Assembly: GCA_001949185.1 (NCBI GenBank)
Contig: BDGG01000002.1
Coordinates: 5,818,448-5,882,447 of the forward strand
Origin: Ramazzottius varieornatus
Taxonomy: Eukaryota; Animalia; Tardigrada
Direction of reading: 5' to 3'
DNA: 64,000 bases
Part shown: positions 39,524 through 51,790 of the stretch, piece by piece
Position numbering within the stretch: position 1 is the stretch's first letter
Layout of the letters: each line of letters begins with the position of its first letter
The notes under the pieces: generated by a model
Told to the model about the DNA's origin: nothing
Database searches by the model: none
Seen by the model: only the letters and a program-made list of their open reading frames with translations
Program-made: the position numbers and the translations under genes

Positions 39524-40619
39524 ATGTTCACCGCGGCAAGATTGTTGCGTCACCAGCAGCTGCAAGTCCTGTCCAAAGCCGGACTAGCCTCCAAATCGGG
39601 CAATGCCAATACCAAGGCGGTGGTTCTCGGCGCAAGTGGAGGCATTGGGCAGCCTCTGTCCCTGCTGATGAAAGAGTCACCCTTGATCGGCCACCTTTCC
39701 CTCTATGACATTGCCCACACACCGGGAGTCGCAGCGGATCTTAGCCACATGAACACCCGCGCTAAAGTAACTGGACATCTGGGCAAGGATCAGTTGCACG
39801 AAGCTCTGGAGGGCGCTCACGTTGTGATCATTCCTGCTGGCGTTCCCCGGAAGCCAGGTTGGCATCTCTTCCTCACATCCGCAGCATTTTAACTGATCTA
39901 TTTGTCTCCCAGGTATGACCCGTGACGATCTGTTCAACACGAACGCCTCCATCGTCCGCGATCTGATCGACGCTTGCGCGACAGCTTGTCCAGAGGCTTT
40001 GATTGGCATCATCGCTAATCCCGTCAACTCCACGGTTCCCATAGCCGCCGAAGTCCTGAAAGCTCATGGAGTTTACGATCCCAAGCGTCTGTTCGGTGTG
40101 ACCACGTTGGATGTGGTCCGAGCTAATGCTTTCATAGCCGAGAAGAAGGGAATCGATCCTCAGCAGATGAACGTTCCGGTTATCGGTGGACACGCCGGTG
40201 TGACCATCATGCCTCTCATCTCGCAAGCTACCCCATCAGTCAAGTTCGATCCTGAGACCCTGGACAAGCTGACGAAGCGTATTCAGGATGCCGGAACGGA
40301 AGTGGTGAACGCCAAGGCTGGTGCGGGATCAGCCACGTTGAGTATGGCTTATGCTGGAGCGCGCTTTGCCTTCAGTCTTTTACGTGGTTTGAATGGTGAG
40401 AAGAACGTGATTGAATGCTCGTTTGTTGAGTCGGATGTGACGGAAGCTTCGTACTTTTCAACACCGCTTTTGCTGGGCAAGAACGGTATTGAGAAGAATT
40501 TGGGCTTGGGCGAGCTGAACGAATACGAGCAGAAACTTTTAGAAAAGGGATTGCCCGAACTGATTTCCAGCATCAAGAAGGGAGAAGACTTCGTCAGGCA
40601 AACTTACAAGAAGCAGTAG
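39524..40619 (+). CDS. MDH2: Mitochondrial malate dehydrogenase
   Basis: Presequence, [24 protein letters not shown]|[22 protein letters not shown] and [10 protein letters not shown]; one intron. Confidence 0.98.
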
Positions 40620-41069
40620 ATTACTTAAATAATCTGAATTCGATCTTGCACCATTTCTCATTTTATTGTCCTGTCCCTATTCTTAGTACTTGTGGATCGT
40701 TTAGCAAGTTATACGCGTTTCCTGCTCTCGTTTCTATTACTAGCAGTGCGTGCTAACTGAGCCTTGTCTCTTCTCCCTTTTCTGTGCAACTCATTCATCG
40801 ACTGCAAGGGTGGAAATTTAACCATCGTTGAACAAAATTCGGTACAAAAATTTAATCATTAAAACAGTCAGAATGAACGTTATGACGTAAAAGATTTGCT
40901 GTGAGCATCATCAGGATACATAAAACAAGAGACGAAATGATCTGTAAATACTAAGTGTGGAATCAGCCTCACGAACTAGGCGACCACCGCACTGTTAGAG
41001 AGATAAAATCAGAAAACCACTTCATATTCTCTTGAAATGCTCAAATCCGATGTTTTTTTCTGCATGGTC

Positions 41070-42688
41070 CTAGCCGTCAACTTGTCGTGTGGGTGGCTCG
41101 CAGAAGAAGGAACTACCCAACGGCATACTGCTTTGCGTGGCGGGTGGCGTATCTCCATTGGGGAAGAGCGCGCTGGTCGCCATGGATGTTATCCCGATAT
41201 TCCTGCACAGAGTCAGCATCCACTGCGACAGTGCGCGGTCCTCTCGCAGCTGGTTGAGGAAGGTGTTGTCTTGAAACTTTTGAGGAAAGACCGATCGTAA
41301 TGCATCCCGCGCCCTGAAAGAAGACCTGTGAGTGGCAACGTACCACCCGGAAGTGCCATGCCAAACTTTCCAAATGGCACACTGTTCACCCATCCTCTAG
41401 TGAGGTATACCTGATATGCTCGGAGAAGCGAACGTAGCATCTTAGCACATGCTTGAAAAGGCGGTTGGAGTTCTTGCCATCGACCGGGAGGTTCTCGATC
41501 ATCTTGCCCTAAGAGCAGCACGACATTAAGCTGGTCAGAACTACAGTAAACTGCCCGAGACGGAAATCCAAGACCCCGAACCACGGACTTACCAGGACAT
41601 TAGCCACATGAGTGAAACGATCGTATGTCGCGCACATGTAAGTTAGTCCTTTCTCATCGGACAAAATCTTCTGGATGATGAAGACAGCGACCTGTGAAAT
41701 TATAGACAGATACCATATATCTAAGGACTTGCGAACTTTTGAACTTCTGAAGTTCTGAGGAACAAAGAACTCACAGTTTTTGACAGCTCCGTTCCCACTT
41801 CCATGATCTTCAAACATAAAGGAATGATCTCCGAGTTCTCTGATTGCAGCAGGTAAGGTACAACTGCACGAAGGAACACAGTTATATTATCTCGGAATCG
41901 TGAACCCAACCGGAAGTGATCTGAAACTCACCATCAGGATCATCCGTCTTCACCAACGCACCGATCACTCCTAACGACGTGAGGCGCAGATACTCAAATG
42001 GTCTTGTGTTGTACGAACTTGAAAGAAAAGGGTAGAGGAACATCGGAACTCGCGCTGCAAGAATGGTCAAATACGTCAATTCATTATGGATATTATAGCA
42101 AGGACCATATCCGGTCCAACCTTCTAGGAAAGCCTTTCTCGTTTCATTATGTGAAGCCAGGCACTGGATCAACGCCAACGCGTTGCACACTCTATTGCTT
42201 TGATGAGCTGTCAAAGTCTGAGGTTCCATCAGGATGAAGGTTTCCGTTATCTCTTGAAGCAGAGCAGCGACTCCGCCGAAAGAATGCCATATCCACACTG
42301 CCAAATCCGTGTACTGATCTCGACGCTTGCTAATCCAACAGTAACAGCATTACTATGCGCTCCATACATCTTCAACAGACTGCAGTGATCATACCTTAGT
42401 TCCAGAAGCGCACGCTCGCGAGTTTTGGGATCACAGAGCTCGACGATCCATTGCTGTATCTGGTCCACCGAAGCTGGCTGCAATGAACAGCTTGTTAAGA
42501 ATGTCTTAGTCCAAGGCCAGGCTCGGTAACCGTAACCGCGGAGACTACTACTCGCTTCTCGTACGACCGGTTTCCCGTGAGACAAGAACTGATCAACATA
42601 GCTCCTTCCTTTGAGCAAGAAACGGTTTATTGTCATCTCATCGAGAAGGACTCACCTGTGGCGGAAGATGGCTGTCGCTGCTATGCAT
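41070..42688 (-). CDS. CNOT9: CCR4-NOT subunit 9 (Rcd1), divergent
   Basis: [86 protein letters not shown] and FIIQKIL...[12 protein letters not shown]. The 5' end is uncertain. Confidence 0.92.
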
Positions 42689-42773
42689 GTTCGCATTTGA
42701 AGGAGGTATTGATATCTCCAGGGCGCCTACAGATATAATCCTAATGGCATACTGAATTTCGCTTGTAGACTAA

Positions 42774-44365
42774 CAAGGGATTAACGCCAATCGGTTCCCT
42801 CTGACGAGATTCAGGATGCACAGTCTGATAGAGGACAGTTTCCTCCACAGATCGAGCTAAACAAAAGGTCCTAAAACAAATCCTGAAATTAATTATGGGA
42901 AGAGGAAGTTGAGTACAAGTTTGCCGCTGGTTACGTAAACGGCATGGCCAAATCGTAACGTTTGATTGTTCGGTAGTCGATTTGCCTTTGATTGAGTGCT
43001 ACTTAGTACTGATCGTTTTCAGCCTTTAAGTGGCATCTTTTTTGAAAACTCATTCAATCTTTGCAAAAGTCTTCCGTGAAACACGGACGCCGTCAACCCG
43101 ATGAATGTTCTCAAGCTTCTCGAAGTGGATTATAGACAGACTTTCCAGCTTGACGATGCCCCAAGTGAAGCTGATAAGCTGTTGAAGGAAGTCCTCGAGG
43201 GTAAGACTGATTATGTAGTCAAATCGAAATTATTGCTAAAAGCCATGTCGGAAGTTGGTACTAACCTGTCACTGTCTAGGTTTGATTGACGAGAAAGTTG
43301 CAGGAAATGGCACTTCTATGAGCAATCGAAGAAGATCTCCAGTGTGATCTGCAAATTGATCATGCAACGTTCGAGGATTTTGAGAAGTCTATCATTAGCT
43401 TCAACTTGTTGAGCGCTCTCGACGAAGCGGAGTTTGATGACAACGTGACGACCGAGCCTCCTTCCAGCGGCACTGAACCTTCCTCACATGAACTGTTCGT
43501 TCCAAAGATTCCAGATCCAAGAGCCGAACCCAGTCAGATGATTGACTTGGACTATGAGAAACGTTCGGTTGCGTTTTGGAGGAACGCGACTTCGAAAAAA
43601 CGACGCAGTCTTACAGCAGTCCAAAATCGATTTACAAGAGTAACCAGTGTCCGTCAATTGCAAGATTGGGAGAAGCATGTGAAAGCGGGTGGTTCACGAA
43701 TGGACAAGCTGAAAGCGCTTAGACTGGAAACTGGGAAGCAGTGACCAGAGATATTCAGCCTCTCGATGTTCTGTTTTTCAGAATGTACAAAGAACTCTTC
43801 AGAAAGATTTCTAACTTTGTGATTCTGCACAACCTACCTATCCAAATGCATCACAGGGATGTAATACTCAAATTACGTTCGTTAATCTATCAGCAGTTCC
43901 AGTCTTCCAGATTTGAGAATCTTGTTCCCGCAGCTTAGTATGAATCCGAATGCACAGATGAATGGATTAGATACGTCAACCCTGCCGAGTTTTGCTTCAA
44001 TACGTTGACTAGTCATTGCTTCCACGAAAACTGTAAAAACACTGTCATATTGATTTGCGGTTGGTGCAAGGGTCCTCTTTGCTTCTCCCATTTCTACAAT
44101 GTCTACCACCTCTGTGAACTATATATTCTTTGATTTGTAGTGACACTTGACAGAGTTTTTCTTACAGTGTGGACTGTAGATCAAAAAGCAAGATTGCCGT
44201 TTACGTCTCCAGCGGCAAACTTGTACTCAACTTCCTCTTCCCATGATCAATTTCAGGATTTGTTTTAGGACCTTTTGTTTAGCTCGATCTGTGGAGGAAA
44301 CTGTCCTCTATCAGACTGTGCATCCTGAATCTCGTCAGAGGGAACCGATTGGCGTTAATCCCTTG
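42774..44365 (+). mobile_element. Tc4/Tc5-like pogo DNA transposon, internally deleted
   Basis: ~171-bp TIRs starting CAAGGGA (42774-42944 / 44195-44365) and TAA on both sides within a CTAAG site. Transposase remnants are AFWRN...VQNRFTRVTSVRQLQDWEKHVKAGG and IQPLDVLFFRMYK. Confidence 0.9.
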
Positions 44366-44546
44366 TAAGTAAAATGAGAAGAGACTCATATTATAAAAGA
44401 TAATACAGGGATGATGGCATCAGCGATGGACAGCGTTGTTTCGATAAGACGTCTTTTTTCATTTAGAATTGCAATTGCGATTTAACGAAATTCCTCGTGC
44501 GCAGCAATATTCGCTGAAGGCAATCACCCCACTCTGACGCAATCAA

Positions 44547-45090
44547 TCAACCATAGATAGATAGATTTACTGTGCCTCGACAATCTAGTCGACGGCTTCC
44601 TCGATCGTCAGAGGATAACGAAACATAAAAAAATACCGTACTAACAGCTTTGGCAAGCGGAAGCGATCGTTCCCGGTTTGATGCTCGAGCTGGTCCATGT
44701 GTGCGGTTGGGTCTTTGCTGTCCGTCGCGAGGGTCTTCTTCGCCGACTTGGGCTCGCCCTCCGAACCTGGTAGTACCGACGGGAGCTTGATCCGCCTGGC
44801 TCGGCGGGTCGAGGTCTTGGTTGTTGTTCACCGGCCATCCTCCTCCATAGTCCCCGGGGCGGCTTCCCCGTTGTCCGCCAGTATCACGTCCACTTCCCCG
44901 TTGTCCACGACCGCCACGTTCACCGCCCCGTCCAGCGCTATGACCACCACCGCGTCCGTCAGAGCGGCCATGAGCAACGCCACGCCCACCGTAGTCTCGA
45001 ACTCGGTTTCTGCTCGAGTTACGTTGGTGAGGCGGTTGACTGCCGAGGCGACGGTGATCGAAGGGCTTGCGCGGAGGACCGATCGACCCT
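44547..45090 (-). other. RGG/Gly-Arg-rich open frame fragment of unknown origin
   Basis: A minus-strand frame reads ...RDYGGRGVAHGRSDGRGGGHSAGRGGERGGRGQRGSGRDTGGQRGSRPGDYGGGW..., with an upstream TGA and no clear start. Confidence 0.35.
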
Positions 45091-46227
45091 CAAGTTGATC
45101 TTTACATCCGGTCGACCGGTACTGAAGGAGCTGTTGGTAGCCGCAGATGCATGGTAGGAGCTGGCTCGAGGGACACGAAGGCTGGACGGCTGGATGGCGG
45201 AGCGCCCGGGCTGATGGATGAAACAGCTGGTTGGGTCGCTGCAGTGGCTAGTTGGTTCGCTGTCATCCCCTGTAGGATCACCCACTCATCGGTTGTAAAT
45301 TTCGGTTGAGCGAGAGTTTCCAGCAGAGGTATAACCACTGAGGGACCCAGGGAAAAGCCAAACGGGGAACCTAGCGGGAAACCCATAGGAAATCCCGTGG
45401 TCAGTTCTTACATTTGGTAAGGAGCATAGGCTCCAATCATTCCTCCAAACATGCTAAAGGGGAAATTCATAATCTGACGCAGGGTCTGTTATTTGAGCCC
45501 CAGCGTCAGAGGTCACCGTTTGAGCTTGTGTCCCACTCTCCGTCTCCGTCAAGGCGAGGTACACCGGCTCATCAGTGCGCAGCAGCAAATGGAACTACAG
45601 GTATTTCCATTTTCCAAGGGATAACGAGACAGTTCTCGCTCCTGTTCATGTCCCGAACGGCCACCCACCAGAATCAGAACAACGACGAACAGGACTAGCT
45701 AGTAGCTGGTGCGCTGACGCGGTGCCTGTTCGCGCTGGCGATTCTGCGCATTTTTCGGTCAGGCGAGGCCTAATCGTGACGTACAGAAACACAGAAAGCA
45801 AAATGGAAGCAAGTGGTCGAAGAGACGAAACCGAGGCTCCTCTCGAAAACTTCAGTTGATTTTCTTCGTCCATTCGACAACAGTTCACAAAGAACTTTCG
45901 ATCGTATTGTTTGAACGTGTTCTTGAGCCAAACCAATGGTTCATTCTCGAGATAGTGACTGCTAAGGTTGTAGTTGAATGCTACAGCTGTACATGCGCCG
46001 GATAATATATGTCATGTCAGCATCTTCTGATATGACACGGTAACCTACCGTAAGGCTGTCATCTGCCCGACTTTGTTCGGACTACGTCAGAACACGTTCT
46101 GACTGTTCTGACGAAAACAAATCGACCGAAACTAAAGCAAAGAAACGGATTGAGAGCGAACGGGATCGCATCGCGATCGAAAACGGACCAGACTGAGAAC
46201 GACCATGAAGGATACCGGACTGCCAAC

Positions 46228-46650
46228 TAGAGCACGGAATCTAGCCGCATGCGCTGCACTGCACTGCAGCTGTGCTGCTGCAGCGTGTGAACTGACGAAA
46301 TTTATGCGGCACAGCACAGCATACAGCAGAAAGCCATTGACTACCGCGCGGATGCACCTACCGAGACCTAACAAAAATTACAGTTTTTGGGCATTCGAAC
46401 GTCAGCCGTCTCAGCTTTGCCGTACTTTAGGGCAACGGTCTCCAGGTTGAATACCGATTTCGCTGACTGAATTACAAACCGCGTCAATACATCGGCGTTC
46501 CGCGCAGTTGCACCAGGTCAACGTGCATCTGCAGCACAGTTGCTTAGCCACTGGGCATGAAAGTTGTGCAGCACAGCGCAGCGTACATCGCCCTGCTAAT
46601 GTGCGCAGCACAGTTGCAGCGTACTTTTGGACCTGCGGCCCAGTGCTCTA
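46228..46650. mobile_element. hAT-type MITE (TAGAGCAC family), copy 1
   Basis: TIR TAGAGCAC / GTGCTCTA, imperfect 8-bp TSD CTGCCAAC / CTGCCGGC, and a near-identical inverted copy at 58975-59410. Confidence 0.88.
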
Positions 46651-46678
46651 CTGCCGGCGGCTGCACACCCGGTTCTGA

Positions 46679-47448
46679 CAAGGGATTTACGCCAGTCTGT
46701 CCCCTCTGATTTTCAAACAAATACGACAGAGAAATAGAGGAGTTTGCTCCACACACTGAGATAGACTGAATCGGCGGAATAAAATTATGGAAGACACCGC
46801 AGGAAGCGGAAGTGACGTCAGAATTCAGGGCGGATCATCAGTGTGATAGTAAATCAACCGATTTGATTGCCTACTGGTTGATTTCATATTGATTGATCCC
46901 GCAGCATTTGCACTCTCCGCTCAGCTGAGCACAACCCGTTTTGTTGTATCTGTTCCTTCTTCGCTTTTACCTTCTTCGTTCCGTTACCGAGTAATCTCTA
47001 CACGTGGCCGCAATGTATTCCGTCAATCCGTTGAATGTTCTGAAGCTTCTGGAGGACGCCTACAAGCAGTTCTTCCAACTGGGCGATCAACTAAGCGAGG
47101 CTGACAAGCAGCCGAAGACACTGGTCAAAGGTATCATTGCCGTTAGCAATATCAAACACTGCAGTGAGATACTCCCCCAGCTTCTGTTTTTACTCTAGAG
47201 TTAGTGGATATCAAAATCAACCACGATGGAGTGCAGCGGGATCAATCAATATGAAATCAACCGGAAGGCAATCAAATCGGTTGATTTACTATCACACTGA
47301 TGATCCGCCCTGAATTTTGACGTCACTTTCGCTTCCTGTGGTGTCTTCCATGATTCTATTCCGCCGATTCAGTCTATCTCAGTGTGTGCAGCAAACTCTC
47401 CTCTATCTTCCTGTTGTATTTGTTTGACGATCAGAGTGGACAGACTAG
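46679..47448 (+). mobile_element. Non-autonomous Tc4/Tc5-like foldback element
   Basis: Starts CAAGGGATTTACGCCA after CTGA and has ~215-bp inverted arms. The internal NPLNVLKLLEDAYKQFFQL...SEADK is homologous to the 43101 ORF. The right tip is lost. Confidence 0.8.
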
Positions 47449-49500
47449 CTTCGAATGAGGGCAAGTGGCCGATTTGATGTTAGGTGACGTCACGCATCGC
47501 GCTAAAAGAACCGATTCTGTTTCGACAACAATAGTCTTAAGTTTTGCAAGTGGTTTGGGTCAGTAGTCTTCTTCCGACTTTAGTCTTTCATGTAAAAGAC
47601 GCAGATTTTAGCATCATTTTGATCTATCGCTAGGTCATCTAAAATAAAATATCAATAACTTATCGTATCGAAATATCGATACGTGATTCATATCGAAAAC
47701 GAAATATCAATATTGAAAGATGTTTGGTGAGGGCTCCGCTCACCACCGACACCACCGATCGGCTCATCTCACTACCGGTTTCAATTGACGCCCCACCGAT
47801 GTGCTCCTCTCACCACTTCCAATTAATTCTTCAATTAGATGAAATCTGGTGAGATTAACCAAAAAACCACGAGTTCATCACCGCGGACACAACTCAAGTG
47901 AGGGTAGTTCAGCTGGTGTTCACCCCCCAGCATTTTCGACAAAATCGTCCCAAAAATCGAACAGTTTTTTTAGACTTCGAGCCACAGCGAGGCACGGCAA
48001 ACTGACCAAGCGATATCCTTTGACATGCTTGACAGCGTCATGTCAAAAAAGTGTACTTTGGAAACAGGAACCATTGTCACGAAATCGGCCGCCACGACAC
48101 GTATTATACTAGTGCCGCCTATTTCAAAAGCGTTTGCTTACTACAAGACTGCTCTTGGTGATGTCTCGGTCACCACCAACCGAAGTAAAACTCTGGGTGG
48201 TGATGCGATGAGCAGTGGATGTTGTCAAAACTCTAAATGCAAGTGGCGAGAAGAGCCTATTGTTGGTGCCGGTGGTGAGAGGCCTCTCCAAGATATCTAT
48301 CACAAAATATATCGTATTTCACCGTATTTGTCCCAGCACTATTCGTGATTCAGCTGTTTGCTTGGAGGAATCTCCTGCGAATACCGCTTCAGCCTGCTGT
48401 GTTTGCTTGCTGAGTCGTTATCGCTGGTAAGTGGGTCACCCTTTGCTAATTTTTTTATTTGTCGTTTGAGCTTTCCGTTTAAATAATACTAGTAAGACTT
48501 CTCATATATGTAGCAAAATATTATGGTGGCGTGGTGAGGTATGATAATGGTTGCGAATGGTTTTTTTCTAGTCACGTGTCCGTGTGACGTCAGCCGGATA
48601 AAAATCTTGAAAATCGCCATTTATTTTTTGAGATTCTCAAGATTTGATTTTGAATTATTGTTCAGTTTAGTTTCCGAGATTCTCATGATTGTATTCTAAG
48701 TTTTTATTCAATTTATCGTCTGAGGTTCTTGTGATTTTTTCCGAATTGTTTTTTATTTTCAGTATTCGTTTTCTGAGATTCTTCGGTTTGGTTACATGTT
48801 CCAAAACCTTTGGATCTCCATCAAGTTTGGGCTTTGAATTCTGTTTTCGTCGAAAATGCCGCAGTCGTGTGAGATGTTTGGATTTCACTACGGGAGAAAA
48901 CGTGTTGATCGGACCACAGTACATTCCTGTCGGATCTGACATCGGTTCACCGTATAGCGTACTCATGCATAGCTGCAAAATAGTTATCGTAACGATACAT
49001 TTGCTAGTATCTGTATTTTTCCTCAGTTATGTTTATCCTTATTCGGACCACGTGTTTTTGGGCTTTGCTGCCTCACACTTTCTGAAGTCAGCGTTTTCTT
49101 CCGTCATCGTTATCTTTTCTCAAATATCCGTCTAAAACCTGCATTCCTTGCGTAAGACAGTCGCCAGTTTACTGTGCTGTTATTTCTCCCCAGTCTACTA
49201 TGCTGTCGTTGCGGCCATCGCGTAGGTTACTGTTTATGTAAATTTCATCTGGAAATCATAAATTTTTCACTTCAGCTTCTCTCTTTTCAACATCCTCTCC
49301 TTTGTAAATCGTTCGCCGAAGTTCTGTAAACCCGAAAAACAGTAATTCACCCCTGTAGTCTCTTTTGCCGTTCGCTCTCGTCTTGGTTTCCTTTTTCCCG
49401 TCTTTTCTTTGTATCCCGTTAATTTGCCTGTTTTTCGGGGCTTACTCTACTCGATTAAAGTGCTCCGGAGGCTACTCCGCTACTTTTGCCTAATAGACTT

Positions 49501-51790
49501 TGGAGCCCTGCAACATGCAGTACGTTCTGTACTGCACTGCATTTTACTGCAATGCAGTGCAGTTGCAGTCGCCGAAATGGTGAGAAAATGCAGTGGTAGT
49601 GCAGTCTTGTAAAAGGGAGCACCATTCGCCGCAGTATACTGTTGTTGCACCAAAAACAGCAGCAGAATCAAATTTTTCTGGTCGGACTGTACCATTTTTC
49701 GTCTAAATCTCCGTAAAACATTAACGTTCACGATGTACTTTAAAGTGCCGATCATCTCACGGACGTTTCGGACCCGGTTAGCATTTACGTGTACCGGGTG
49801 TAGGTTAGCGGGTCACTGTACAGCTGATGTACGGTAATGCATGTACCGGGCAATTTCTCAAACCTCCTCTTCTGTCACCGACTTCTGATTAGTGAATAGT
49901 AGTCACCTCTAACTGTACGTGGGATACTTCATACTTATTACGAGAATGGGACGACCGCAGAACCGCTATTGTGCGGACGAGAAACGACGGCTAGTCGATG
50001 AGTATCACAAAGAGAAAAGTCTCAAGGGAATATCCATTCGTCAATTTGCATTCCTGAAAAATATTCCAGAGACTACGTTACACAGTTGACTCAAGAAGTA
50101 AGTATGATCCTCACCTCATCAATTTGTAAACTTTGCTCCTCTACTGCATCGAGTAAACCTTAAATCTGAAACGTATGAATAGGCCTGCTGGTCCACCGGC
50201 GATGAAGAGGAAGCGGCAAGAACCTTTCCCTGATATGGAGAAGGAGGTTCACCTTTACGTCTTGTCACAACGCGACGAGCAGCTGGAAGTCCCGAACTGC
50301 GATATTCAAGAAAAGGCACTGGAAATAGTTAACCGAGATCATGGTGAAGATACAGGCTTTGCAGCTTCTAATCGATGGGTCCTCGACTTCCGCAAGCGTT
50401 TCTGTCTTGTGTACCGGAGAATCACAAAAATCGGACGCAAGATGTCTTTCACACCAGACGGTATCGTAAGCAGGACAACCCTTGTTTCTATATTTGTATA
50501 TGTTTATGTTTGTCGTGTACGGCTTACCTAAGTGCCTCCATTCTGCGCCATGGTACACCATCGTCTCAAGACGTGTGTTCCGTGGTAATTGAAACCACGC
50601 TGTTTTCTGATAAATCACGAGAATTTCTTCCTGTTGATCGAGGAACACATCTACGCTCGCCAGACTCCCAAAAATCGTATACTCAACACGGATCAGACAA
50701 TGTTCGGCTAGTGTCGCCGGGGAAGAAAACTGTATCGCCCAAGGGAGTGAAAGATGTAAGATCATGTTTGGAGTTTAGTGGAGTCTTGACTGATTTCGAA
50801 TTTTTGATGTTGGAATCGTGGGTGTCCTCCAGGCGAAAAAGAAGGGTTCACGATCAATTTAACGATCGGTGCTGACAGCAGAAAATTCCTGGCGGGAATT
50901 AACTTCAAAACTGCGGCTAAGAGTGGCAAGTTGTCTGACAATTTTCTGGGGAAGTTAAAAGCTCCTTCGAATGTCATTATCAAGAGTGCGTGGAGTGTTT
51001 GGTGGAATGAGGATCATGACAGAGAATATATTGAAAGAATGTTTCCCATGAATCAAGAGTTCACGGTGTTAGTGAGAGACAGCCATTCAGTTCACAAATG
51101 TCCGCAGAGTTGGAGTATGCTCGATGATCGAAATACAAAACAGATCATCATACCTGGTGGAATGACTGGGAAGTGGCAGCCGTTAGACGTGCGCGTCAAC
51201 AAATGTTTTGAAGACTACTTCAAAACTTCGTATCGCTCCTGGCGGAAGAACAACATCGGCTTCACCAAAAGTGAAAATCTGCGAAAGTCAGGAAAAAAAG
51301 ATTTCGTACAGTTCATCTCTGAGTCGTGGGATAAAGTTCCCGAAGATACCGTGCGAAAATCTTTTTACGTTTCTGAAGTTTTACGACGTGAAGAATCTCT
51401 GCCTAACCAGAGCAAGTTTTCCGTAGGAGAGGTTGTTGAAGAGCCGGATAGCGATTTGGACGTAAGTTTGTACAACGGAAGCTCTTTTGTGGAGTTTGAT
51501 ATTGAAACCGATGCGGTGCTAGTTAATTCCGAAGATATGACGTAGCATACATGGCCTATCTTATTGATTTACAGCTGTACTTGAATTTCTGTATTTTTCG
51601 CCACGCATAAATGTACCACCCTGGTCCGAAACGTCCGCGAGATGATCGGCACTTTAAAGTACTTGACATGTGTTTCAGTTGACATGCAAAAATTCTGAAT
51701 TTTAAAATGCAGTGCAGTGCAGTTGCAGTTTCTGGAAACCGGATGGAGTGCAGAAGCAGCACGGGTTTCAGCTACTGCTGCAGGGCTCTT
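49501..51790. mobile_element. hAT-type MITE split by a nested pogo
   Basis: TIR GAGCCCTGCA / TGCAGGGCTC, perfect 8-bp TSD ATAGACTT (49493-49500, 51791-51798) and TGCAG subterminal repeats. Confidence 0.87.
49738..51659 (+). mobile_element. pogo DD35D transposon with decayed, intron-containing transposase
   Basis: TIR CTTTAAAGTGCCGATCATCTC... flanked by TA. Contains an N-terminal HTH from ATG 49946 (in-frame TGA), a CENP-B HTH (FAASNRWVLDFRKRF), NTDQT, and DSHSVH...QPLDV with 35 residues between the two Asp. Confidence 0.92.

Noticed and set aside
47480-49140. CACCAC/GGTGGT-rich stretch and Lys-rich ORFs as another transposon
   Set aside because: Probably TE-derived, but no convincing TIR pair, TSD or protein motif could be fixed.
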